A stretch of 54,048 nucleotides of DNA, filler included, from Sphacelaria rigidula (taxonomy: Eukaryota): assembly GCA_964200075.2 (NCBI GenBank). It is 5 parts of 5 records of this genome, joined end to end, with 100 filler letters (N's around TTAATTAATTAA, not from the genome) between each part and the next. Parts side by side here need not be neighbours in the genome. Positions count along the whole stretch, not along the records: positions 32,494 to 43,221 come from CAXNAA020006018.1; positions 43,322 to 54,048 come from CAXNAA020006019.1; 3 more parts are not named here. The stretch is one strand, 5' to 3'. The notes under the pieces are model-generated. The model worked only from the letters and a program-made list of their open reading frames with translations, was not told where the DNA came from and did not search any database. The stretch's first letter is position 1; every line of letters starts with the position of its first letter. A program made the translations under genes and the position numbers. Shown here piece after piece: positions 38,060-50,000 of this stretch.

Positions 38060-39630
38060 ATCTTTTCCCTGTCGTGAAGATCCGGGTATGTTCCCGTTGT
38101 ATATCTCCACCAACGACTACATGTGCGTGCAACCACCAGCCGAGAAGGTGTGCATGATCGCAAATCTGAAGTTTGAGCGGGTGGTTATTCGCAAGCGTCA
38201 CCTTTGACAGCTCCTCGGCGGCGTGCTGCTCGTGGCCTACACGCCTGGCCCCGTCGTGATCCATGAAGTCGTAAACCCTCACGGATATCCCCGGGTGGTG
38301 TTATTGGGCGGTCTCCTCCATGATTAGTCTCAACCCGTTCATTTCTGACTCCGTGGGGCACGCGCGGGTTGGTGGGTGCAAGCGAACATATGCGTACATA
38401 CTCTCAAATGAATCAGATGTGAGATGTGGGTGGCCATCTGTTCTCTGTGACACGTTTGCGATGGGTGCCACACTCCCTCACGAATACATTTGCATACCTG
38501 TCGTGCTCGGTGGAGTAGTATTGTCGAGGACTCCGGTGGAGCGCTGCGGGAGGTTGTAGTCGTTGCTATAGACCATCATCAACAAGGCGCTCCGCGTCTG
38601 GCCTTCGATGGAAACGAACGATGGCTTTTCTTCCATAAATGTCCTTGGCGGGGTGCCGAACCTCATCGCGGTCCTGTTATTATGTGCGCCCGCAAAAAAA
38701 CATGTATCCTGTTCAGTGTGCGGACGACGGACCCACAGTGGTGTTCTTTTATGTGTTGCAATCATTCAACACGGCTTGCAGCCCCGTGGTGAGGTGAAGC
38801 CATCGGCGGAGACTACTTCACTATCGTATCCAACCTCGATATGCGATATAAAAACGTGCTCCATATACCGCGTGCTGACGACCTCGTGTAGTTGCCCATC
38901 CGGATACTGCATCTCACCCATACAGTACAGTTCATAACGTCAGCCCATGATATTGTGCTGCTCTCCAGTAGCGGCTTGATGGCCTCTTCGAATGTCTCCA
39001 GCGCTCGCGTGTGGAGGTGACTCTGATCAGGATGTATTTCCGGCACAATTGGGGTGGGCGGTTGGGGACATGAGCATCTCGTGATTCTCAGAGTGTTGCA
39101 CGTTGGGCGATCTGTGTGTGACGCCTTGCCCTTCACTGCGGCGATGAGTACTCATCCATGAACATATATTATTTCACATGGACTGTGCGAAGTTCGCGAC
39201 TAAAGGTAAGAGCGACAAAAAATTGGCGCGCGTTTAGCTTGTAGTACTCACCTCATCGCCTGTTGTCCCGTTGCCAGCCTTGAGGCGTGTTCGCGCCACG
39301 CGGATGAAGTTATCCATGAAACATTGCGGTGTGCCAAAATGACGGTGACTCGGGCATTGTAAGATCGTAGTCATCGACTCCGATAAACTCCCTTCCTCGC
39401 TCCGTGTCCGAGCGATGTTTAGCAGCCGTTGCGGAGAGCCGCGAACGTTCGTATTATAACCATGGCATCTACCACCTGGCCGAAGCGGAGCATTGTTGAT
39501 ACTGTACGCCATGGTACGGGCGGATAGAGTGAATAACCCCATCGGTTGCGCGGCGGTGGCTCCGGTCGTGTCTGCTCGAGATTGAGCGGTGACGCCGGAG
39601 TTGTCCATTCTGCCACTCTCCTGCACGATG
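38060..39630 (-). pseudogene. Degenerate coding-like exons of unknown function
   Basis: Protein-like minus-strand blocks at 39626-39250, 39070-38813, 38660-38495 and 38300-38070, some ending at GT donors. No recognisable domain, and the strand assignment is tentative. Confidence 0.3.
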
Positions 39631-40983
39631 CTGCGTCCTTTTCTGGGGCTCCTTCCGCTGACGGCGCCCCTGCAAATCTCCCCCCTGCTATGTGCTACCG
39701 AGAGTCGCGGCGTGTTAGGGGGATCAGTTCTGACCTACTGTTGCCAGTTCATTTCAATTTCAGTTCTATGTTTACACAAATCCTGATTTTTGACGGGGGT
39801 GTTGTATTCATTTCTACAATGAGCGGCTTCGGCTGCATCTAACCGTTGGACCGCGATGATGGTGGGTCACCTGCTGACTCGACATCAACATATACGCTTG
39901 AAAAAAGAATGCATGATCCAGATGGACTACCCGCTCCGCGGTCTAAGGGTTGATCCTGCGACCGCGACGGTAGATTACCTGCTGAATCGGCATCGATTTC
40001 ACCTCAAAAAAACGTTGTGACACAGATGGACTACCCGCATCGCGGTCCAAGGATTAAACGTCACGTTTATGCCCATTTCGTGGTCTGTATTCACCCGCAT
40101 GTCGCTGCATGTCGGACGGGTAATGGGCGTCTACAGTATATAGGAGGGAGGGATGCTAGGGTGGAGGTTGCACTTTTGTACCGTGATTTCTCTCGGAGCT
40201 GCTCTAGTTGTTGGAGGCACTTTTTGGTTAATCGGTATCATTTTGACATTTTAAAAGAGTAAACATGATGGAGGATGACGAGACGGTCCGTGCGTGCAAA
40301 CACCTTGTTTCTGCGAGTCTGGTCCCCGGTGGTTTGGGCTGCACGGGAAGATCCATATATTTGTGTTGCCACTAGCCCTGTGAACACAATATGAAACCCC
40401 TGCCGCAGTGTGGGCCCTGGACTCGTCGCGGGCTAAACGGATGCATGTTGTCCTGGAGGGGACGGGGTGGGGCTTGCGACATATGGAGAGGGCACGCCGC
40501 GAGGCGTTGGGGCTAGACGGCGGCTCAAACTCCACCGCCGCATTTCCCCCCCTCAGTTCGTATTCGTCGACAGCAGCACCACCGATACGGGGTCGGGAGG
40601 GGTTAGGCGATCGAGATGAAGACACGCCGTCAGAGTGAGTCAAATTTTCGCAGTTGTACAAGAGTCGGGCTGTCAGGCTCTGATAGAGGATGGGTGGGGC
40701 AGGGTCACTAACTTGTAGCTAGTAGCTTGTGCGCAGCCGGTAGAGAGGCCAAAGGTTCGAATATCACTTTGGAAGACGCTGCAATGTCGGGTACGCATAA
40801 CGTGCGCATGTTTTCGCTGAAACAAAAGCTTGAAACGGGGTTCCAATCCTTACACCGCGATGCGGGTAAGCGATCTCGAACATGCTCACCTATTTTATGT
40901 GGATATTGATGCCGTTCCAGCAGGTGGTCGACCCTTGCGTTGAAAGGGTTCACGGTTAGGGCAAATCAGAATTCATACGAGTC

Positions 40984-43015
40984 GACTCTCCATGACGCAC
41001 AAGCAGTCATGCTGTGTGAACTGTCGGTCCCGCTGAGTCCAGGGTGGATAACACCTATGCACCGCAGTCTTCTTGCGCGCATTACAGCCGTGAGAAAATT
41101 AAGCGTGGTTAAGGGCTCATCGGAAGTGAAGATTCAACCTGTACAACTTGTTGGTTCCGCAATAGCCCGAAGGTGGGGAAAATGACACTTTCTACGATAG
41201 CCCCCCCCCAAAAGTGCATGGTTTTGGGAGGCAACATCTTCACGTAAATCGAAATGGGAAAATACGAGCGCAACGAGAAGCTGGGAGTTCCCACGCTTGG
41301 ATTCCTTCTAGCCAATGTCGCCAATATGAGGCGCTTCATGCGGCCTGAACCCGAACATCAGGCGCTGTACGACCATTTTTTTCGTGACACTTTTAGCTGG
41401 GTTTTTTTGGGGGGGGGCTATCGTAGAAAGTGTCAAATGTACGCGTGCTCACCTCAAACAAGTTGGTCAAGCAAGTTGCACATAACGTTCCCGACTCATG
41501 ATAATAAGAAGTGCGTGACATGTACAATCGATGCATCCAAATTTCCAGTGCAGGGTTGACTATGTGCCCATTATTTACCCCGGCAGTCATGGACGGTATA
41601 AAGCGAGTACCTTCGGGTTAAACTGCTCCACGCACAAGCTAATAACCTGTATGAATTACAAATGATGTACGAATAGTATGATCTATTCGTTAAAATGATG
41701 GCCCTGAGTTGACTCACGAGTTGATTTGTCCTACAGTAACCGTGTGCATGTCACATCGCGAAAAATTCTGAAACCATCGTGTGCGCAGTCGGTACCGTTC
41801 ACGGTACGGTACGGTATCACAGTAATGTTCTGTATTATACTGCGCTGCTCTGCGTTGGGCTTGTTCTGTTGTGGTAAGTGTGGTGAGCCCGTGAGTGTAG
41901 TGTAGTGTAGCGCACAGTAGTGTACTGTGGAAGCACACAGTACGCTGCCGTGCTGGTTTGTGCGGAACTGTGCTGTGATGTGTTGAAGTGTATATTGTAG
42001 TCTAGTCTAGTGTAGCGTAACCTAGCCTAGCCTAGCCCAGCGTAGTGTATCCGTGCTGCTGTGCTATGCTTTGTCGGGCCCGGACAAGGAAACCCCGAGT
42101 GGGTTCCGTCGAGATCTGTTTTTACACAGCAATTGCCAACCACGGTGAACCACCGTACACCACTGCGCAACTTTGTTCACGATGTGCAATCTACAATATC
42201 CTCTATGTTTCTTTCCCATACTGTGGTATCGGTCGCATCCCCTTCGCTGTCGGTTAGTCTGAAGCACGGAAAGGTGAAACGTGCTCCGTGTTGTACTCCC
42301 CGTACGGCGGAGCAATTCGTGCAGGTGTTTTCAGTACATTATTGCGTGTTTCCTTCCTGTGAGGTCCCAACACAACAGCATACGACAACGCCATCGATGG
42401 TTCTTGATTGGAAGGACGCATCTTCCCACCATTACGCAGAGGTACCGCTCGTGCACGGTACTCAACAGCCGCGGCGAACTGCCGCGCCTCCCTTGTACCT
42501 GCCGGGTGTGTTGTTATGTTGACTCGTCATGATGCGCAAGCAGTCATGCTGTATAAACCATTGGTCCGCTGAGTCTAGGGTGGATAACACATATGCACCG
42601 CATTACCCATGGGAGAAAAATACACGTGATACAGGCCCCATGAACAAGAAATGGCAGAATTCAACTCTTTACCGAGTGTTGATCCCACATTCACCTGAGG
42701 GTGGATAACACATAACATATTGTGCAATGCAGGCATCTTGCGCGCATTACAGGTTGGAGAAAAGTGTGTGTGGTTCAGGGCCCATGACTTCAGATTAATT
42801 AACCTGTATGACTTAGGTAGGTTCCGCATCAATCCGAAGGTGGGAAACATATACGGGCGCTCACGTCGAACTTGGCACACATGGCGTACATGTACAAGCC
42901 ATTCACGCCTTGATTCATGAAGAAGGGTTGGCTGCGTGAATTACAAATAATGTACAAACCGTATGATTTATTCGTCGAAATGATGACTCTGAGTTGACCC
43001 ACGAGTTGATTTTGT
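40984..43015 (+). repeat. Dispersed direct duplication (40984-41730 vs about 42521-43015)
   Basis: Shared blocks are catga.gc.caagcagtcatgctgt..gggtggataacac..ccgaaggtggg..gagttgac.cacgagttgattt. A MITE is present only in the first copy. Confidence 0.8.
41184..41434 (-). mobile_element. MITE with GACAC..GTGTC termini and AAAT TSD (Sola-like)
   Basis: AAAT lies at 41180-41183 and 41435-41438. An empty site of matching length is present in the paralogous repeat at about 42840. Confidence 0.9.
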
Positions 43016-43221
43016 TGGAAAATGAGGCTGCGGAGCCATGCTCTTCAACGCTTCGTATGGTATTGACTACATGTATGTAGTGTTGGGATCGCAGGTGCCG
43101 GTCACGAATGTTTGGTCTGATGTGAGGATATGATGTGGGATAGCAGTTGTGATGCATAAATCACTCTCCTCGGTTGACCGTTCAACACGGTGGGCTGCTT
43201 GGACTGTCTTGCCCGCAAGAG

Positions 43222-43321
43222 NNNNNNNNNNNNNNNNNNNNNNNNNNNNNNNNNNNNNNNNNNNNTTAATTAATTAANNNNNNNNNNNNNNNNNNNNNNN
43301 NNNNNNNNNNNNNNNNNNNNN
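43222..43321. other. Artificial contig spacer
   Basis: 100 bp of N with TTAATTAATTAA. Confidence 0.99.
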
Positions 43322-44043
43322 TTTTCATTCTCAATCGTATCATCTACTCTCAATCTCACGAAAATACAGTTACAGGTGGAATGACCCGCCATCCTACTGA
43401 TCGTGCGGTCATATGTGCAACACACTACTGCATGTACAGCGACGGCAGTTTGATGACGGAACAATGGTGGGAATAGGTACTAGAGTACCTTGCGCCTTGC
43501 ACAAGCCATCCACGTATCTTGGCACACATGAGGATATGCACCAACTGCAAACGCTTCACCAACACCGAGTGTATTTATGAGGTTGCGTGAAGATATCATT
43601 TCACATGTTGACCCTGACAGGACCTCTATGCTATACTCGCTGGCGCCTTCTCACTGTAAGGGTGTTCGGATCTTCCTTCGTATTGTATGGCCGCGTGGCT
43701 GCACTACGTAAAGTACACCTGCCAGGGGCACGCCGCAAAGGCACCCTACACCACAATACAGCACTCCGTTACCGTCGTGAGGTATTCGACACCCAAGTCC
43801 GCCAGGAGTTGTGGGCAGTTTTCGAGGCGATATACGATATCTTCGCACCCGCGCCACGGAAGACATGGAGACTCTTCTCTTCACCGCACGGAGGCGTGTC
43901 GCACCTCTCTTATCGCCCGTGACACCCTAGCACAATGGATCAGCGTACGCATACCCCGGCTACAATTTGATTATCTGTGGTGCATGCGTGGTTGTCACAC
44001 AACAGATTCAAAGTCCATCCACATCCGGAACAGTGCGGCGAAG

Positions 44044-47000
44044 CTACCGCAAGCTGGCCATTTCACGGAGTAACGATTCCCTGTTAGACGTTTTCCAGAA
44101 GGTGCGCGTGCGTGCCATGCGCCGTTTCCAAATTTGCCCATCTTTGCGTTGCCATGAGTTGATCTTCGTGAAAGAGTAACGATACAGGTCCGCCTTGATG
44201 TACCTGGGACACAGGTATCGGGAAGCACGGGGGTTACCAGTGTCTGTCAATGCGCTCTACAAACGACGGAGGACAGTACTTGCGCCAAATAAATCCTATC
44301 CATCAGTTTTTCTATCTCTCGTATAAAGCTGTAAATGAGTTTTCTGCCCCGAACCTCGATGTACTGATGCCAGCGTCTCCTTGGTTGATTGATTTGGATT
44401 GATTGATTGGCTGTTGCACTTGAAGTGATTTCCCAGGGATCCAGCCGTGGTCGCTCATGAATCATATTATTTTTCTCACTACGTGCTGTTCCCCACGTTG
44501 GTTTCAGTCCATTGGCGTCCCGGACAGCAAGCTCATAGATGTAAGACGTTGAACATGTTAGTGTCAGTGCGATGGTGCCCGGCAAGAAGAGCTCACCAGT
44601 GGCTATCTACGAAAAATAGATGTGGTGAAAATCTGTTACAGTAGTGTTCGTCATGTGTACTTGTGCCCACGTTCAGCACGACAAGGGGAACGATCGGTCC
44701 GATGAGCACAACAGGTGCATACGATACAGCACACCGGCACAATTTTGGGTAGGAAATGCTCAGATCTGACGCACAAGAAGTCTTCCACCACGTCGGCGCG
44801 GTGGCCATGTAAAGGCTCCGCCAACCAAGCACATTTCCCTGTAGGGAACAGTTACTATTGAATAATTTTATCTCATACTCGATCGATGTGCTGCGTAGAG
44901 CTGCACCAGCCACCAGAGGGGCGGAATACACCGTCCACGTTGTGGTGAGGTTGGGAACGTGTGCCGTATACAACTTAGTAAGATACTATCGTGGAGTTGG
45001 CTTATGGAGGCTAAATCGTTTTCACATTGTGAACTTGACCACAACCTGAACTTTGTAGTATCCGCTCTCAGGTCTACGAAGGTACCCTATGGCCACCAGC
45101 ACGGCGTTATAGCTACCACGACCTCGATTTGCCCCGCATCGCTTAAGACATAACGACAGCAATCACAATGCTGTCCGTTCCTTGCTGGCAGTCAGACGCA
45201 GATGTACTCACTTGGGTGTCTCGCCGGCGTTGAGGAATGGGTTGGTCTTCAGTAGCGACGAAACCTGCAGAAGTCGAAGTCCGCGGACAAATCGTTCGAG
45301 AGAAAGATAGCGAGACATCATGTGGATTGAGAAAATTTGCACCGGAGTGGCACGGACCGGCAGGAGCGCTAGTATAGGCGGTTGAGTGAGGTGAAAATTG
45401 GATATCTAAGGCTGCTAAGGGTGGAGGTGCTGATCGTACAGAATGGCTGACGACAACAGCACGTGATACCTGAGGATCGTTATCCATGAGCATCAGCAGT
45501 AGACGAGGAAACCACGGGCTGTATCGGGCAGGGCCGACCGCCGCCATCCACAGGCACCAGTCCAGTCGTCGATGGTACGGAGACACCCAAGGCAGGCTGC
45601 CGCTCAGAGATCCCGGTTTCGATCGAAACTGTCAAACGACAGGGCCGAAGTTGTTCCGCAATTGAAAACAGAGACCAGAGGGGGGTAGGGCGGGCGGGCG
45701 GGGGGGAGGGGCGTACTCATTTGTTGCTTGCGTTAGTCGTTTGACCATTGACCACGCAACCCGTTTGAGGCATTGCACCGTTCCTACTACTAATAGAGAT
45801 ACCTTCAACATTCCGGCGCTCATTACGTTTCTTCCGTACATTACACAAAAACCTTTCACATATCTTACCCCCGTCCTGTTTCGCCGTCTGTGGGCACTAT
45901 CTATCTCCTAGTGTAGCCATCGTTTTCTCCCTACTGTCCACTGCATCAAACGATTTCATGCCACCTTCCTTCACGTCCCCCATTTCCCCCTCTAGCACGT
46001 CCCTGTCCTCCTTGTATAGTTCACATCCTGCCACTATAGGAATTCTGCTCTCTACTGCTTTGTCACAGGGGCAGTTCTGTGCATCTTCTTCCTCCTCCAC
46101 ACGACTACTAGTATATATATATTTCTTCTTTCTGGTAGGTCCAGGTCCCCCATTCGAAATGGCAGTTTCACTTTTTTCGCCGCGTCCACGGGGCCATGCA
46201 AATATGTTTTCATCCCGATCCCCTCTCTCAACCCCCTGTATATCTCCAGGTGCTCTTCCTCGTCTGAGTTGCGTCTCAGCGCTCCTTTTCCCTTAGTTAT
46301 ATCAGGTCCATTACTTTTGTCTTGTACCCCGTGCCTTCACCTATGGACAGTATTTCGTCTTGGTTTCCTCCTATCTCCTTCCATACTTTCTCGACTTCTC
46401 TATCCCACCTTATTCCAGCTTTCCCTTTCGTACTTTTCTTTTTTACAGCCCTATCAACGATAGCTGACAGTCTCTTTCTCTGCATGTTCTTTACGCTGTA
46501 TTGCCACCTCAATTTCCTCATGTCTCTGTTTTGAGTGCGTACATTCCCAACTCTGCTCCAAATGCTGCACTACTCGTCGTTCTCGAGCATGCCAGTATCT
46601 TCTTGACTGCTGCCATCTGTACTGTTTCCAACTTCTTCGTCAAGTTCACGTTTCCCTCCCATATTTCTCCCGCATATTCCAGCTTTGGTGCGATTACGTT
46701 CATCAGGATACATCTCTTAATCCTAGTGCATAGATGCGAGTCTCTGAGGATCACGTCCATCCTTCTTATCTGCGCCTTACCCTTTTCTATTACTTTATTT
46801 ATGTGTGCATCCCAAGAACAGTTTCTTGAGATTTCTACATCAAGGTATGTATACTGGTCTACGACCGGCAGTTCCTCTTCTCCCCTCTTCCATATAAACT
46901 CTACCGGATTTTTATTATCTTCGTTACATAGCAATACCGCGCATTGGTCAATGTCTGCTGTTACTCTCCATTTCCTAGTGTATTCTAGAGCCTTTTCTAT

Positions 47001-50000
47001 TTGTTTCTGCAATCTTTCTGCTGTTCCTGAAATCCCCAAAAAACCATCAAGGGGGGGGGGGAAGCGTAAGACGAAAATATGTTGTCAGAAGCGACTATCA
47101 CAGTTGAACACGGAGTTGCCCCACAGATCGAACTGAGGGAGCGGGGGCAAAGATACGACACAACCACGAAATTTAGCCCACATTGCTCGCGTGCGATACA
47201 TAGTCAAATTGCGGTGTACACTTCACGTACGCCTGTAACCTCAGGCTAGTCACTCTGTCACGCACACATCATGCCATAACCACTCGTCCACAACTCTGTT
47301 GTGCGGTCTTCATTCACGCTTTCGCATTCGTGCCGATCTCGATCACCGTGTACTGCCTTGTACACATCATCATGGCAGATAGGTTAAGGTCAGCCTGGAG
47401 ATATTCGAAAAGTGTTTACGTACCTCGTACTCTCGCCATGCCGTGTTTTCCCCGTCCAGCTTCAGCGTGCCCTTTATGACGATCTCAGGTCGGCGTTTAA
47501 TCATGCTACCGAAAACACCGTATGTGTTGACTAGTCGGTATGGCTCGAATGTTCGATGCATAACCTGCTTCTTCGATGCCATATTACGCACCACCGGGAT
47601 GGACAGCCACGCCACCAAGCCAAAGACGAACCAGCTGGCAGCGGATCGGGGGATGGACGGATGTACAGCAGGCACTGAAGCGACCATGCTGCGGGTAGCG
47701 TCTGAGAACATCCAAGCCAGCGCTCTGCAGACGAGGCATACGAAGCAAATCGAGACGGAAGGGGGAGCGATCTCAACAGGACGCAGTCATGAAACAAACG
47801 CATACTCACTACGAACTTGGTAGGCAGCCGCACCGGTTACAGCTCGTGCTAACACGTGGCACGTAGTAAATGACACTGAGGCGGTCTGCTCAACGTAGCT
47901 CCTGATGCAAGCTGGCATCATGGACGACACAACCCCACAAGGGCTCGAGAATAGCAGACACCATCTGATTTTGGGTGATGACAAGGGCACAGCACCACAT
48001 TTATTTCCTACGTGACAACATGAGATAGTGCCGTGCGGGCCTTCAACGATTACGCCATGCAGTTACGACTGTTATTTTGTGCTAATCGCTGCGCTACCGT
48101 TGTGTTGTCGTTAGTCATTACCTGTCGTCAAAGCACCAGATGAAAAGGAACATAGTGAGGTAGTTAAGGAAAGACAGGTTTCCTGATATGATGATCGCCA
48201 GTTGGAATAATGCCTGCATCCCTCCTCCGAGCATGGATAGAAATCGAACGGGTGCCAGCAGCAGCCACGACGCTCCCAACTCCACCACATGATTGGCGGC
48301 AGTTTCAAACCTTGCATCAAAGGGGAGCAACGAGCAGACGGGATGAAAGATATTATGAACACAGAGCAAATGATATCAACCGAATATAGAAAGCATGCTA
48401 CCAAATAAGCATGGCCCGCGTTCCAAGCAAGGAACAGGCTACGCCTACAAGGAGAAGACAGCTGCGGGATGCTTCATGTCAACCACACCTTGCCGCGGAG
48501 AGAGACAAGCGGAGCAGAGACATCGACACGAGTGCGAGCAGCTTGGTACGGACTCCACTGAGTTACTCTGTCCCGTGCATCTCAATTACGGCACTACAAC
48601 CTGAGCCGCATTCACCCCCTAAGAAGAGGGGGGGTTTACTCATGATCATGCATGCCATAGTCGGGGGGGGGGGCGTACTCTGAAGTCAACGAACTATGCT
48701 GCCAAACGTCGTGCGCAGTCCATTTTGCAGCTTAAATTATACTAATATGTTCCCGGCCTCGGACCAAGGACGTTCGCTGTTTTGAAATATTGGCAAAGAG
48801 TTTATCGCGGGTTAGACAAACGTGAACGGGCGTGACGACAAGAAGGAAAATAAGCTCAGCTGCGGAGGAGGAGATTGGTACGGAGAAAACTCCATATCCC
48901 CACAGAAATCAAGGCGGGACACGCCGGGTCACTTGAGACTATTGCTGTACACTAGATCACTATCGCAGCGGATACAGTTGCCCTAAGGAGTAATTTCGAG
49001 CTGCTCTTCGACTATTACGGAAGATGGTTGTTCTACGCCAAACGATGGTGCGCGGGAATGGGGGGCGTACTCATGATCTTGCATGACGTAGTCATAAGAC
49101 CATTGACCCCGCATCCCTACAAATCTGGGACGGAGCACGCTGGGTTTTCGCCGGACCAGGCGCGCGGGAGGGAGGGGTGGGGGCCACGGCATGTGATTAT
49201 CCCATGAAATGCAAATGTCTTCCCGTATCGTCAGTTTTCGTCAAAGACGGTGTGTGGGTCAAATTTACTTCGCTAAGAGAAGCACCAATATGTATTGACA
49301 GCCAATTCTGCACGGGCACCCACTGGAAGAGTACTGCAGGACAAGTGGCTGTACCACACGCGTGTGTCACGAAAAGCGCTCCGCCGGGGCGGAAAAGTAC
49401 GACGCTCACAAGTGGGCAAGGGTCCAGGGAGCTAACTAGTTGGCTGTAACAGACCGGATGTATCCCCCTCACACACCCTCCTCCACGTGTGTCGATAATC
49501 ACAGATACCTGTGGACCTTCTTGGGAGCTTGATGCAGGTAGTAGCTGATCGGATTAGGAAGCGGTTGCGTCTCGTAGTGGTAGTCCATCGCGGTAAGATC
49601 TCTCCACACTTTGTCAGTTCGGATCTTGATCAAGCCCGCGCCTGGATTTAAGTCACCGGCGCACGAAACCAGAGCTACCTGTTCACGAACACACCCATCA
49701 CACACAGCAAGACCAGCAACGGCCAACCTAGGTAGCCGTAGCTCACCTTGCCTCTATCGAGAACGACCCACGATTACAAGTACATCAGGACTACTCTGTG
49801 AAACACGTCTCATACCCCTGTTCCGAGAAGTGGTGCATTTATGTGTGACTTTCACTCTAGTGCTGTGTTCATATATGACAGGTGCAGCGGGTGATTTCAT
49901 TTACCAGTACGATTGACGTGAGGTTAACGCCAGCACTGATATTGATCATCCCCGCCATTGGTGAAGAACGCGGCTCCCACTCCGAATATGTATGCGTGTG

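Noticed and set aside
38022..38300. Ulp1-like protease suggested by RVYDFMD
   Set aside because: The catalytic HW and Q..DCG motifs are not found in the right order.
43587..44073. Plus-strand ORFs faintly recalling a viral packaging ATPase (VVVTQ..HIRNSA)
   Set aside because: No Walker A/B motifs. The region overlaps the LMF stop codon and probable 3' UTR.
46501..47136. 211-aa hydrophobic plus-strand ORF
   Set aside because: It is antisense to the LINE RT fragment.
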